Shown here: in pieces, positions 1-33,520 of the stretch
Numbering within the stretch: position 1 is the stretch's first letter
Layout: each line of letters starts with the position of its first letter
Assembly (NCBI GenBank): GCA_050575255.1
Contig: JBNZDD010013683.1
Location: 2,021,455-2,085,454, forward strand
Direction of reading: 5' to 3'
DNA from: Harriotta raleighana
Lineage: Eukaryota
Length of the DNA stretch: 64,000 nucleotides
Notes under the pieces: model-generated
What the model was told of the DNA's origin: nothing
Databases searched by the model: none
What the model saw: only the letters and a program-made list of their open reading frames with translations
Translations under genes and position numbers: made by a program

Positions 1-525
1 TGTTTGGGTATTTCAGATAATGTAAGGGTAATATTTCCTCGTCTGTTGATGAGTGGTATGACTGGAAAAAAAACAAAAGTGACACAGAAGCAAATTGAGT
101 TTAAATCAAATTGATGATTTTGCAAAATATGGTGCCGTTATCCATGTTAACTTGATGACACTTTAATAACTCAAATCGTTATTCTCACAAAGTCACAATG
201 TGTTGGAATGAATTATTCAACACGACGTTTTTGTGGCGTGACATTCCAAATACTAGGAGAGGTATCGAGTGGAAGGAGTTCCGATACCTTTGGGATCAGG
301 TCGAGTACAGCTGCATTTGCTGCTCAAATTGGTTAAAGTGCATTTGTGAGGGAGGACAACGCCGACACTCGCCCGGGTGTCAGTATTGACACTGGGCGTA
401 AAATGATGGACTGATGTGTATGTGACTGTAAAGCTGTGCGTGTAATAAATGGTTACGTTTAGAAGAAGTTGTATGTGATTTTCTTGAACTTAGCAGTGAC
501 AAGAGACCTTTCGGCCTTTGATCAG

Positions 526-22925
<22,400 letters not shown>

Positions 22926-25900
22926 TCTTGAAACGGCTTCTTTCTTTTCCTATGTTCTATTTAAATGTATTTCTATGGCAACCAGAGACCGAGTGTGCTC
23001 CAAACAAACAGCATGGGAGGGAGGGAGGAGGGCGGAGGGGGGGAGTTGGGGGTGGGGTGGGGGTCTCAGATTTTTTTTTTAAAAAGAGAAAGAAAAACAC
23101 AAAGACTTGCAACTCAACTGGGAACCGACTGGCACAACAGCCTGGTACAGACTCGTACCCTGGAGGAAAACACTGTAAACAGCAGGCCTGAATAGAATGA
23201 GTGCAAGGGATCACAACTCTCTTGCGAGTCTTTTTAAAATGCCAGATAACACAGTTTCCACTAATTATTTTCCTCCATTCGCACAATGTATCTCCGCGTC
23301 TGGTTAAGGCAGAATTGTGTAGGTGTTGTTCCATAGCAGGCATTTGACCTACTTTTATATGATAGAGGATTCCTCTATTTTTTTTAATGGATGCAATTCT
23401 GTATGTGGCAGAGCTACCTTTTTTGGGGGGTGGGGGAGTGGGTGGTTAGAAAGCTTTGCTTGCTGTGCCAGACCTCTTTATGTTTTGCCTTTGTGAGGGA
23501 TAGTGTGAAAGCCCTGGTTGTCTCAGGTAAGACCTCTCTCTGTACAGAGAATAAAACATTGAAGGGACACGTTTAACCCTTTCACCCCCACTTTGACAAA
23601 CAGATACATCATAGGTTGCTAGAACACGACTGGAATCACTGTATTTTCCTAGTGCTTTTGTAAGAAGGATAAAGGCATTAAAGGCAAACAATTGTAGAGA
23701 ATTAAAATGAGACCAGCTGTTTATTCCCCTCTAAATATATGTTTAAGCACTGATTTGCAATTGAAGATCTCATTTTGCACTTTGCTTAAATTGCTGCCGT
23801 CACTGTTTATTAACTATACTTGCTCATAAGCAACCAGATGTTAACCATTTTGTACATTTAGATGACATGCGATCGTTGTTGAGGCCGTGCAACCTACTTA
23901 CGTTGAATATCTTATAAATACTGTATATCACAAACCACCAAGGTTACAGGTGACTGTGTTGGTGTAGGGCAGAATTCAACATTTTTTAAAATCAAATTTG
24001 ATAACGTGGTGATAGTTTTATGTTGCATATTAAATTTAAGGCATAACAAATTCTGGTGCACGTGAATGGGCAGATAGTAGACCATGCTGCTGTAAGTGAC
24101 ATGTTGGAGAGGTCACTATCTTAGAAGTATATTAAACTAGCGACTGACACTACAGGAAGTGTAATGGAAAAAGCAGAGAATTGTTTCTCTGTTTTTTTTT
24201 AAAAAAGATGTAAATACATCAAACAAATGATTATTCATCGCAAAGAGCTATTTTCACTGTTGCATTGATGAATGATTTTTCTACTTGCCACTACTGATGA
24301 ACTATATTTGTTGTACCATTTGTTGATTTTCTTATTGTTTGGGTTAACCCTAAATTTCCCGCAATACCACTTGCCATGTTTTAAACCAGTGATGACCAAT
24401 CATTTGGTCAGCCGCAAAACACTTATTTTCTTGGTTATTTATGCATAAATCAAGAATTATTCAGTCAACAAAACCCTCAATGATTAAACACGGATTTACC
24501 TAGACTGGTGCGAATGTTTGTGGGCGGAGGATTGGAATGGGCGTGTGGAGAGGGGGTGGCCTTTGAAGGGAAGGCTTGGGATGTACTTTCAGTATAAAGT
24601 GCTACTGACATTTAAAACAAATACCATTCTTTGTTAAACATCATTCTGATGCTCAGAATATTGTCATACATATGCTGAGTGGGTCTGACTTATTCAACTG
24701 GTTCCCTTCGTCTGTTTCTGAGGATGTCTGCAAACTTCCAAGACAAGGTGGCGAGTATGTAAGCACAATGCCTCTCATTTTATTCATTTCATTTAGGGTC
24801 AACATCACCGCCAAGTAGCTCCATTCTCTCAATCCCACCCCTTCCCTCTTGCCTCTCTCTCTCTCTAAAAAACATGTTTCAGAGCCCAGCTTCTTCCTTT
24901 TGCTCTTTATTCCGTTATTGTTGTTGTTGTTTTGAACCAATCTTTATCAAGATCAATTGATTCATTTGTCTGGAATTTGCATGCACATTGTGATTGATGC
25001 AGGCTGATTATAACCAGGCTTACGTGGGATGTTACTGCAGAGTGGGTAACAGAAATAACTCATTTGGGAGTATTTGGGCTTCCTGCCAGCTTTACCAGTA
25101 CCAGCCAGCCAGCAAGTGGCCCAATTTCATTGGCCTAATTTGCGTCATTCTTGACCAAAATTATTATTTTTTCTTCTCGTAAACCCCCTTCCCCTCTTCT
25201 TTCCCAATTATTGTTAAAAGCAATTCTTGCCAAAAAGCAATTGTGGTGGAAATAGTGCTGCGACTCAAGGGTATTTTGTTGCTGTATGCACGGCTTGGTT
25301 TGTTTATTTGATGCATTTCTTTGGCTAAATAGCTTTTTGTTTTAACCTTTCTGAGTGTCAGGCACTTAAACTTCAAACTTTTTGACAGTGTTGACAGATC
25401 ACAAGTTGTTTTTGTTTGTCTCTCTCAGTCCTTTGCACACGAAAAAAAATTTGGACTATTTGAATTACACTATCATTCTATGATGTAACTGAAACAAGAT
25501 TTTAAATGATGTAAATATATGTTAAAACTCCAGAATTGTAAAAGTTGTGTTGCACCTAAAAACAATTAGATTTTATTCGGTGATAGACAATGAAGAAGTC
25601 AAAGGCTTGTTTATCGTAACCAATGACTAGAATGATAGTCTAATAATGAATATAATTATTTTCTGAGGTGAAACTACAGCAAGCCTTTTAACCCTTTGAG
25701 AACTATTGTGGCAGATTACACCATTTTCAATACAAAGCCAGTTTCTTATGATGTTACGCTCTTAAAATATTTCCACTTGTAATTATTTTGTGCTACATAT
25801 TACTTCCATCTTTATGCAAATGTTTAATTTTATGCACGTAGATTTCCATAGCTTGTCAAATCATGCCAAGGTTCATGTTGTCTGGTGTGCTAGGGATGTT

Positions 25901-26500
25901 GGGTACTCAATGGGTTAAAATACTCAGGTAGTAAACTAAACTAATTGTGGCAATAATTGATACACCAGTCATCATAAATATTGACAACATCTTAGGTTAT
26001 TAACCCATTAATTTGTATAAATATTTGGTTTCAAAGAGTAATACGTGGTCCATATTACCTAGTATTTTGACTTAAGCACAACATTATTTTTTTTGCTGAG
26101 AAAACTAGGTTGTTCCATTGCACTCACGGGAATACCTTGTAATCTACTTTGTCAACATAGAAAATATTATAAAAGTATAAGTGATTTTGAATATTATGTT
26201 GCATCTAACAGAAGGGAAAGCAGAATATGTAGACTGGAACATACATACTGCATTTGGACGTTCGTCTTTTGCATTTGTCTTCCAATTGTGTCATAATAAT
26301 GTATTTTTTTTAAAAGGCTGCATAACTAATTTGGGTCTTTATAATTATCCCAAATTAAAATCTGTAATTAAAGACAGTCTTGAAACTGCTAACTTTGTTC
26401 AGAGTAGAAAATGTTTACAGAACAACTGTTTAGTGTGACCTATATATCTATGTGTGTATATAAAAATGAATTGGTTATTAAAATTGGACGTTTTCTAAAC
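22926..26500 (+). other. LRP4: Probable long LRP4 3'UTR
   Basis: AT-rich with no recognisable TE until ~26.66 kb. Proximal AATAAA near 23550 and distal ATTAAA near 26354 and 26477 followed by a GU/U-rich tract. The end point is inferred. Confidence 0.55.
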
Positions 26501-26664
26501 TTTGGATTTGATTTGTATAGTATTTGATATCGTGGTCTCAACTGAAATGTATTTTTGTGTTTCTTCTTGGTCTTCATGTGGTTGCATCTTCCATTAAATC
26601 TACCAAACCTGCATTCCAAGACTCAAATCTTGTGGAAAAACTTGCTCAGAAATAGAATTTTAGC

Positions 26665-27060
26665 TCCGTAGATACTTCAGCACAGAAGGAGGTCATTCAG
26701 CTGAAAGTGCCTTAACATGTAACTTCCCACTGGAGCCATCTGCTTCACAGACATTTCGCTTTTCTTTTCCCATACTCTATTATATTTTTAATCTTCAAAT
26801 CCTCTTTCATTCTCATAATTTTCATAATTCACACCAGCTTCGTAGACGATAACCCATTCTATGCTTCTCGTAATCATCTTGTCAATTCATCAACTAATAG
26901 CAATAATCTGTCCCTCTCAAACCCATTCATAAATTTGAACACTTATTAAATCCCCCTCTTGATTGCCTCTCCTTCAGTATGCACAGCCCAAGTGTTTTAA
27001 GCATTTTATAATACAGTAACTATATATCCTCTGAATCCTGGCACTGTTTTAATAAATCTA
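26665..27060 (-). mobile_element. Degenerate CR1-type LINE 3' fragment
   Basis: cagcacagaaggaggtcattcagc (reverse CR1 terminus) followed by degenerate reverse ORF2-like sequence. Confidence 0.5.
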
Positions 27061-27099
27061 TATCTCTAATCACCTTATTTATTATAATATATAATCACA

Positions 27100-27470
27100 T
27101 CTGATGATAATCCCTCAAGAAAAAAACCAATAATAAATCAGTCACTTCAATCCACGACTGTTTGTGGGACACTGCTGTGCACAATTGGCCACCACATTTT
27201 GACCCACAAATATGAAGTCCATTCACTTTTCAGTATATTCTGTGAAACACTTTGAGACATCTAGAAGACGCGAGCCAAAAAGCCAATTGCGCACAATAGT
27301 GACCCACAAACAATCGTGGATTGAAGTGAACAATTTTTTTTTTGAAGGATTATTATCAGGTGTGTGGAGTAAAGGAAACTTGCCCACAGTTTTACCCAGG
27401 CTGGAATTGAACCCAATTCCAATTACCTCATGTGTAAGGCGAGTTCACTACCCACTGAGCTACAGTCCTC
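27100..27470. mobile_element. Two SINE fragments fused tail to tail (+ 27100-27271; - 27273-27470)
   Basis: The core ccacgactgtttgtgggacactgctgtgc is followed by its reverse complement and a reverse tRNA-like head (gaattgaaccc...ccactgagctaca). Confidence 0.85.
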
Positions 27471-28119
27471 TGCTGCACTGGCAATTGGAGTATGATAAAC
27501 TTTAAAATCTATGAAACTAATGGAGTGACACTCAGATAACAATTTTGCCTAGGAAGGAGGCTATTTTGAGAATGTTAATGTGTCTTACAAAACTATTCTG
27601 AACAATATAGCCCTGTTGTACCAACAGAACAATCACGTATTCTGTAGGGTCAAACTGTGCCTTAACAACAATTTTGCAACTTTTATACTAAGAATTTTCT
27701 TCTGATAGGATCACTTCTGCAGTTTGCAGATGTATTTAGTATGCAGGAGCTTGAAATCGCAAATATCAAAAGGACACAGTGATTTTATATTATGGCACGC
27801 AATTCCCTAATTTACATGATAATAGGAAACTGCAACTCGTTGTACGAGAGGATTTGTCATAGCAACTGTTTAGAAAATAGAAGAAATGGAGCAGAAAGTG
27901 TACATGAAGGCAAAATACTGAGAGTGCTACAATTAAAGTAGCATTTATGAAGTCTGAACATGCAAGTATATGGGAAAACTAAACTGACAAATGATCCAAG
28001 ATATCAAAAAATTTACCACTGATCATGATTTGAGAAAAAAGATCATAGGAATTTTGTATCAAAGAGTTCAGAAAATAACTTTTTGATTTTTAACAAACCT
28101 TGGGAAATACAGAATTCCT

Positions 28120-28290
28120 CTATTGGCTCCCCTTGCGCTGCCTCCCCACTCTCTATAAATCCCGAACAGCCTCTTCCTCCCAAATGCCCCAGTTCTGACG
28201 AAGGGACCCGAAACGTTGACTCATTATCCTTTCTCCATAGATGCTGCCTGACCCGCTGAGTGCTCCCAATGATTTCTGTTTTTTATTTTA
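28120..28290 (+). mobile_element. Penelope-like element terminal repeat fragment with a hammerhead-like core
   Basis: ctgacgaagggacccgaaacgttgac...tttctccatagatgctgcctgacccgctgagtgctcc resembles, from memory, Penelope-type ends common in chondrichthyans. Confidence 0.65.
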
Positions 28291-28882
28291 TAATTGAAAT
28301 ATCTGATTCTGGCACTCATACACTCCACAAATTTGTCATTGATATCAAATGCCTGGAATATTATTATTATTTATTTTAAATATTATTTTCCTAATAGAAA
28401 AGTATTAGATTTGACCAACATTGGAATACTGTCCAAACGTTTTCTTTAAAATACTTGTAAATAATTACGAGTATGTAACTCTGCATTCGCGTATAACAGA
28501 AATTTCTGTATTTAACATGAACCAATGCTGATGCGAATTATGTAGGATTTATGAAGCATATTCATTATGGTCAAGTCTTCCTTTAAATCTTGAAGCCAAT
28601 TTTTCACTTGAAGCTGATGCATTGTGCCTCACAGTATAAGGCTCTGTTTTCAAAATGTTATTTGGCAGTGCAAACAACAGCGAATTGATAGTCGAGATCT
28701 AATTTGCATTTTTTTTTCAACTTCACTAATAGACTAACCACTGAGACGGAAATCATCTTGTACAATGGAAGCTCAAACATCAATGCCTGTGTAGAAAATA
28801 TTTTCATATGTATATATAGATATATATTTAAATCTTAACTCATTTGCAGTAGGTGTGCTCCTTTGAGGGAACCAATTGAGGT

Positions 28883-29000
28883 CGACTTGTGTTCTGCCTT
28901 TTCCCCACTCCACCTTTCCATCATATAATACATGAGAGATGCGACTTGTGTTCTGCCTTTTCCCCACTCCACCTTTCCATCATATAATACATGAGAGATG
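28883..29000. repeat. Exact 59-bp tandem duplication
   Basis: cgacttgtgttctgcc...catgagagatg occurs at 28883-28941 and 28942-29000. Confidence 0.95.
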
Positions 29001-31360
29001 TATATCTGGCGAATAAACAGGAAATGCCAAGAAATAATTGATTTGCGACATGATCAAATATATTTGTATTAGGTCAGCCTAGGTGTGTGCTAAAGATCCC
29101 ACAGAATGATTTGAAAAGAGAATGGAGTTTCTCCTGGTATCCTGGGCAAACAGAACACTCGATTAATTTGTTTTTCATGGGGTGACGATTTATCCAGCTT
29201 TGCTACTGCAAACAGCTGCTGCGTTTTGCCTATAGAAAGTTGATAGTAAATATTTATGAAGTGCATTGGACATTTCAAATTGATAAGGCACTACATTCTT
29301 TACAGAATGTAATACATTACATTGTGCTTTTTTTTTACAAAATGCATTACAAACAAAAAATTCTGTAATAAAATTGAAATAGAATGCCACTCGCACAGAC
29401 CACAGGATTAATTTCAGTTTAATGGATTTTGCAAATTGGCAATCACTTTAATAATGCAAGTCAAATACTTGCCTGCTTACAGCAAATCATTGGACTTAGA
29501 ATTGAAGGTTGAGGTTAATATAGCAAATTAACCGCAATCTACAGAACAACAAAGATCTGATTGCTGCTCCATAGTGGATTGAAATGCAGTTAGACTAAAA
29601 AAAAAGTTAATCATAACACAGGCTGGAACAATTGAGAGTTCATAAAATCATTAAGGAAGGAATAGGCCAGAGTGTTTATGGTGCAACGTTGGATTGTTAC
29701 CTCTTGCTCTTACTTGACAAGTTTGTCTGGTTGTTGCCATTGAGAGGTATTGTACTCCCAATTCAACATAGAGAAAAAGGGGGACATGATAATTGTTGTC
29801 TCACATCTGAGCCTTGATTTTGGTTTGATTTCTTCCCTTGAGTAAAGAATGTGCTCAATGCAATCAAATTTAATTTTAACTGGATTACATGCCCTCTAAT
29901 TCAGTGTGTTAGAGGGGCTTCTTAAATGAAAAAAGGCAAAAGGCTATCAACTCAGCTAGGGATACCAGTGTTGGGTCATTATTTTGAACTCTCAGGATTG
30001 GTTTATTATTTTCTTCTAGATTTCTACTAGATTCTTTTCTTCACGATAACATTGCATACAAGTGGCACTATGATGTATCCAATTTGATTTACATGTTAGC
30101 TACCAGTTACCAAACCACAGCAGGTTTGACAAACCTTCTGATCAGTTACATTTTGGCTGAGAGACAACTTCCAACATGCATCTACGAGTGTAACCTAAGT
30201 CTGATTCCAACATGCAGCTGAAAGTTCAACCAATCAACTTCACTCTGATACATAGAACGATGTCTTAAATTAACCCGAATGACTATCTACATGTTATGTA
30301 ACAGTCAAAGAACCACATTCAAAAAAACTTGTGATGATGGGACCTAGAATGTGGTTTGTCTACATACCTGTACTGGCACTCCACATTATTTCATGTTTAT
30401 TATTAATTTTCAGATCATCACTCTTTATTATTTGTTTCTTTTACAGAACCTTCAGGTTTTGTCTGTCTTGTAATTCAGGTGGGCATTAGAGGATCAAAAC
30501 CATTCGCCCTATTGTCAAAGAAATGCAGTGTTTTTCTCTCAGATATCCTGGATTACATTCCTCCTACAAATTTCCTCTACAAATTAATTGGCTACTTCAT
30601 TCCTGTTTGTCTGAAATTGTTGGCACAAATCATCTGCTCCATTTGCCAATGTGTGTTGTAAGAACATTAAGCTCATTTCAAATAAATGTTATTGTTGTAA
30701 AGTGCTTTGAGATGTTTTATTTTATAAGGAAGGCACTATAAAAATGTGAGCATTCATTTAACAAATGTGGTTAGACTATTCAATCAGAATTATACCTTGC
30801 ACCTCAAATTATATTTTAAGCATGTAAATCTATTGCTCGGGAAATAGAAACCAGAGTATTGTAAAGAAACCAGAATATAGTATGTGGGTTTGTTTATCAA
30901 GTGCCAGAATGCCTTTTTACATTCCATATGATTTTGGCAAATAAAACAATGGTGTAATAGATAATTCTACCCACTTTACAAATGTAAGAAATGACAGTTT
31001 CACTTTTAATATTTCAGCAGATACAATGTAGGAGAATAATTATTCAGGATATATTTATTTACACCAAACTGTACATTTAGATTAAGGGCTGCATTTATAT
31101 ATTTAACAAGTGCACAGTAACAAAATGGTTACTTTTCTGAAAGCTTTTCAGTGTGAGAAAAAGTGATGATTAATTAACTACATCTGATTTGTGGCTATTC
31201 AGGTGCAGGATTTATATATTACATGCATGAGAGATTGAATAATTTTCGCCTCAGTGTTATCTAAAAACAAATCTACAAAACACAGCCACTACAGTTTAGC
31301 AAAGATCTGGTGAAGCACTTTGAGACATGATAAGGGACTATATCGAATGCAAGAATTATT

Positions 31361-31577
31361 ATAATAGTAATAATAATCCATGCATTTGTTATAATACTTT
31401 ATCAGGTCTGCAAGATGTCTCAAAAGCGCTTCACAGAATATACTGTAAAGTGAATTGACTATTATTTGTGGGCTAAACGTGGCAGCCAATTGCGCGCAGC
31501 AGTGTCCCACAAATAGTCGTGGATTGAAATGTAACTTTTTTTTTAGGGATTATTATTATCGAGGAGCAAGGAAATTT
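31361..31577 (-). mobile_element. SINE, headless (same family)
   Basis: Reverse complement of the core and tail: aataataatcc...gcagccaattgcgcgcagcagtgtcccacaaa. Confidence 0.88.
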
Positions 31578-31602
31578 AAGGAGACATTAAGTAAGGAGAC
31601 AT

Positions 31603-31888
31603 TGAGAGACCTGGGTTCAATTCCAGGCAGGGCAGGGCAAAACCTTGGGCAAGTTTCCTTCCTCCTCCACACACCTGATAATAATAATCCCCCCAAAACA
31701 ATATTAAATTTGTCATTTCAATCCACGACTGCTTGTGGGACACTGCTGTGCGCAACTGGCTGCCGCGTTTCGCCCACAAATATACAGTCAATTCACTTTG
31801 CAGTACACAGTATCTCGTGAAGTCCTTTGAGACGTCTAGAAGATGTGAAAAGCGTTCTGTCAAATGCAAGGACTATCATAATTATTAT
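31603..31888 (+). mobile_element. SINE (same family)
   Basis: B box gggttcaattcc, then core and tail. Confidence 0.9.
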
Positions 31889-31999
31889 CTAAAGTCTCTT
31901 GACAGAGACAGCCCCAGCTTCACCCACAAACACTCAGCCATTGAGCCCCATGGTAACAAGTCAACAAAGGATTCAATATAAAACACCCTGACAATGGTC

Positions 32000-33520
32000 A
32001 ACAAGCCAACCCACGCTCCCCACGCTGCACGTCCGCCGCCGTCTTAACGTCACAAAGGCCCCGCCCCGCGACGCCGGCGGCCCCGCCCCGGGGTGGGGGA
32101 CGGGAGGGCGACGAGGGGTGGAGCCCCCGCGAGCTTCCCCGCCGTTGAAATTTAAATCCAACCAATCAGCCAGGCCGTGACGGTGGGTTGGAACTGGCCG
32201 TCCACCAATCGAGTGAGGCGTGACATTGAGAGCGAGGGCGGAGGGGAAAAGAAAGCTCGCGACAGGGGAAAAAAAAATTCAAATTCGCTGCCCGTCGCTA
32301 ACGGTCCCGATCCGATAAACGGGCGGAAGAAGTCGGTTAAAAGAAGGAGGAGGGGAGAGCAACGCGGCCCAGGCCAGGCCGTAAACCTACACCGAGACCG
32401 GTGGNAGCAGGAGGAGGAGGGGAGAGCAACGCGGCCCAGGCCAGGCCGTAAACCTACACCGAGACCGGTGGTCACGACTGACGATTTAGCCCCGGGGGAA
32501 AGGGGGAGGTGAGCTAAGAATAAACGGACAGAAAGATAAGACAGACCTAGACAGAGAGAGAAAGATGGGGAGTGTTTTTTTTATTGTTTGTTGTGTAGAT
32601 CAGAAAGGCCGAACGAATTGAATTGAAAGGGAAATGCAATGCGCCCCCATCTTCATCTTCCACTACCTCCTCCCTCCCTTTCCCCCCCTTTTCTCTATCG
32701 TTGCCGGTGTGCTTGACGGGGTGGTGGTCGTGGGTGGGGTGGGGGGGGAATGGGGGCCCATTTTACACAATGAAGCCCGAACTCCTCCTCCTCCTCCTCC
32801 CTCAGGCCCAGGGCTGGCTGTTGGCAGGCGAACGGACGCTAGAACCGCTGGCGTCGTTGCGCAGTCACGGTTTATTTTGATCTCCGCATAATACAGACGC
32901 ACACCTATTTTGTATATACAATATACGGTGTGGGTGTGTGTGTGTGTATATTATATATATAGACAGAGATACTGTAATAAGTAGGCCGAGGCCGCTGCCT
33001 GTTTACAGTCTCAAGGGGTGGTAAGGGAGGGAGGAGAATTGTGAGACGGTTTGGTTTTTGTTTATCTTCCCTCCCTCCCACTCTCACCCTTTTCATCATT
33101 ACTGTTCGATGCTAAAGGCGGGTGGGGGCGGGGAGTCGCCCGAATTGACTGTCCGCAGCTCATTGGAAAACACGCAGGGGAAGCGTTTTTAGTGCGGGAG
33201 GATATAGTGGAGAGAGGGACTTGAAATCCTCTTGCCTTCGTGGTTTCCCCCCCAGTCCCACACCCCGAGCACTTGAGCGGTGTTATTTGTGTGTGTGTGT
33301 GTGTGTTGCAATTAATTCCTCCTCACGCACAGGTTTTAAATATCAGATTAATTCCCCCCTTCCCCGTTGTCGGGTAACGACACCCTGTGTTTAATACAAG
33401 TTTAATTTTGGTGGGGTTAAACAACACAAAAGGCCGAGCACTTTCTCTCACCCGGCCTGTGGGAGAGAGAGAAAGGTGGATGGGGCCCTACTGCGCGCAC
33501 ACACACACACACCGGGTGGG
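32000..33520 (+). promoter_or_regulatory. CpG-island promoter of CKAP5
   Basis: Abrupt GC/CpG enrichment; GC boxes (CCCCGCCCC, GGGCGG); CCAAT boxes at 32162 and 32205; CHR-like TTTAAA at 32151 and TTCAAA at 32278; MYB-like CCGTTG at 32142 and TAACGG at 32299. Confidence 0.85.
32290..32508 (+). other. CKAP5: Putative non-coding exon 1 (5'UTR) of CKAP5
   Basis: Donor GAG|gtgagc at 32508/32509 inside the CpG island; the next acceptor is at 37502, upstream of the ATG. The TSS is approximate. Confidence 0.65.

Noticed and set aside
32344-32471. ~60-bp direct repeat in CKAP5 exon 1
   Set aside because: Also split by a single N; most likely an assembly artefact rather than a promoter VNTR or CRISPR-like array.
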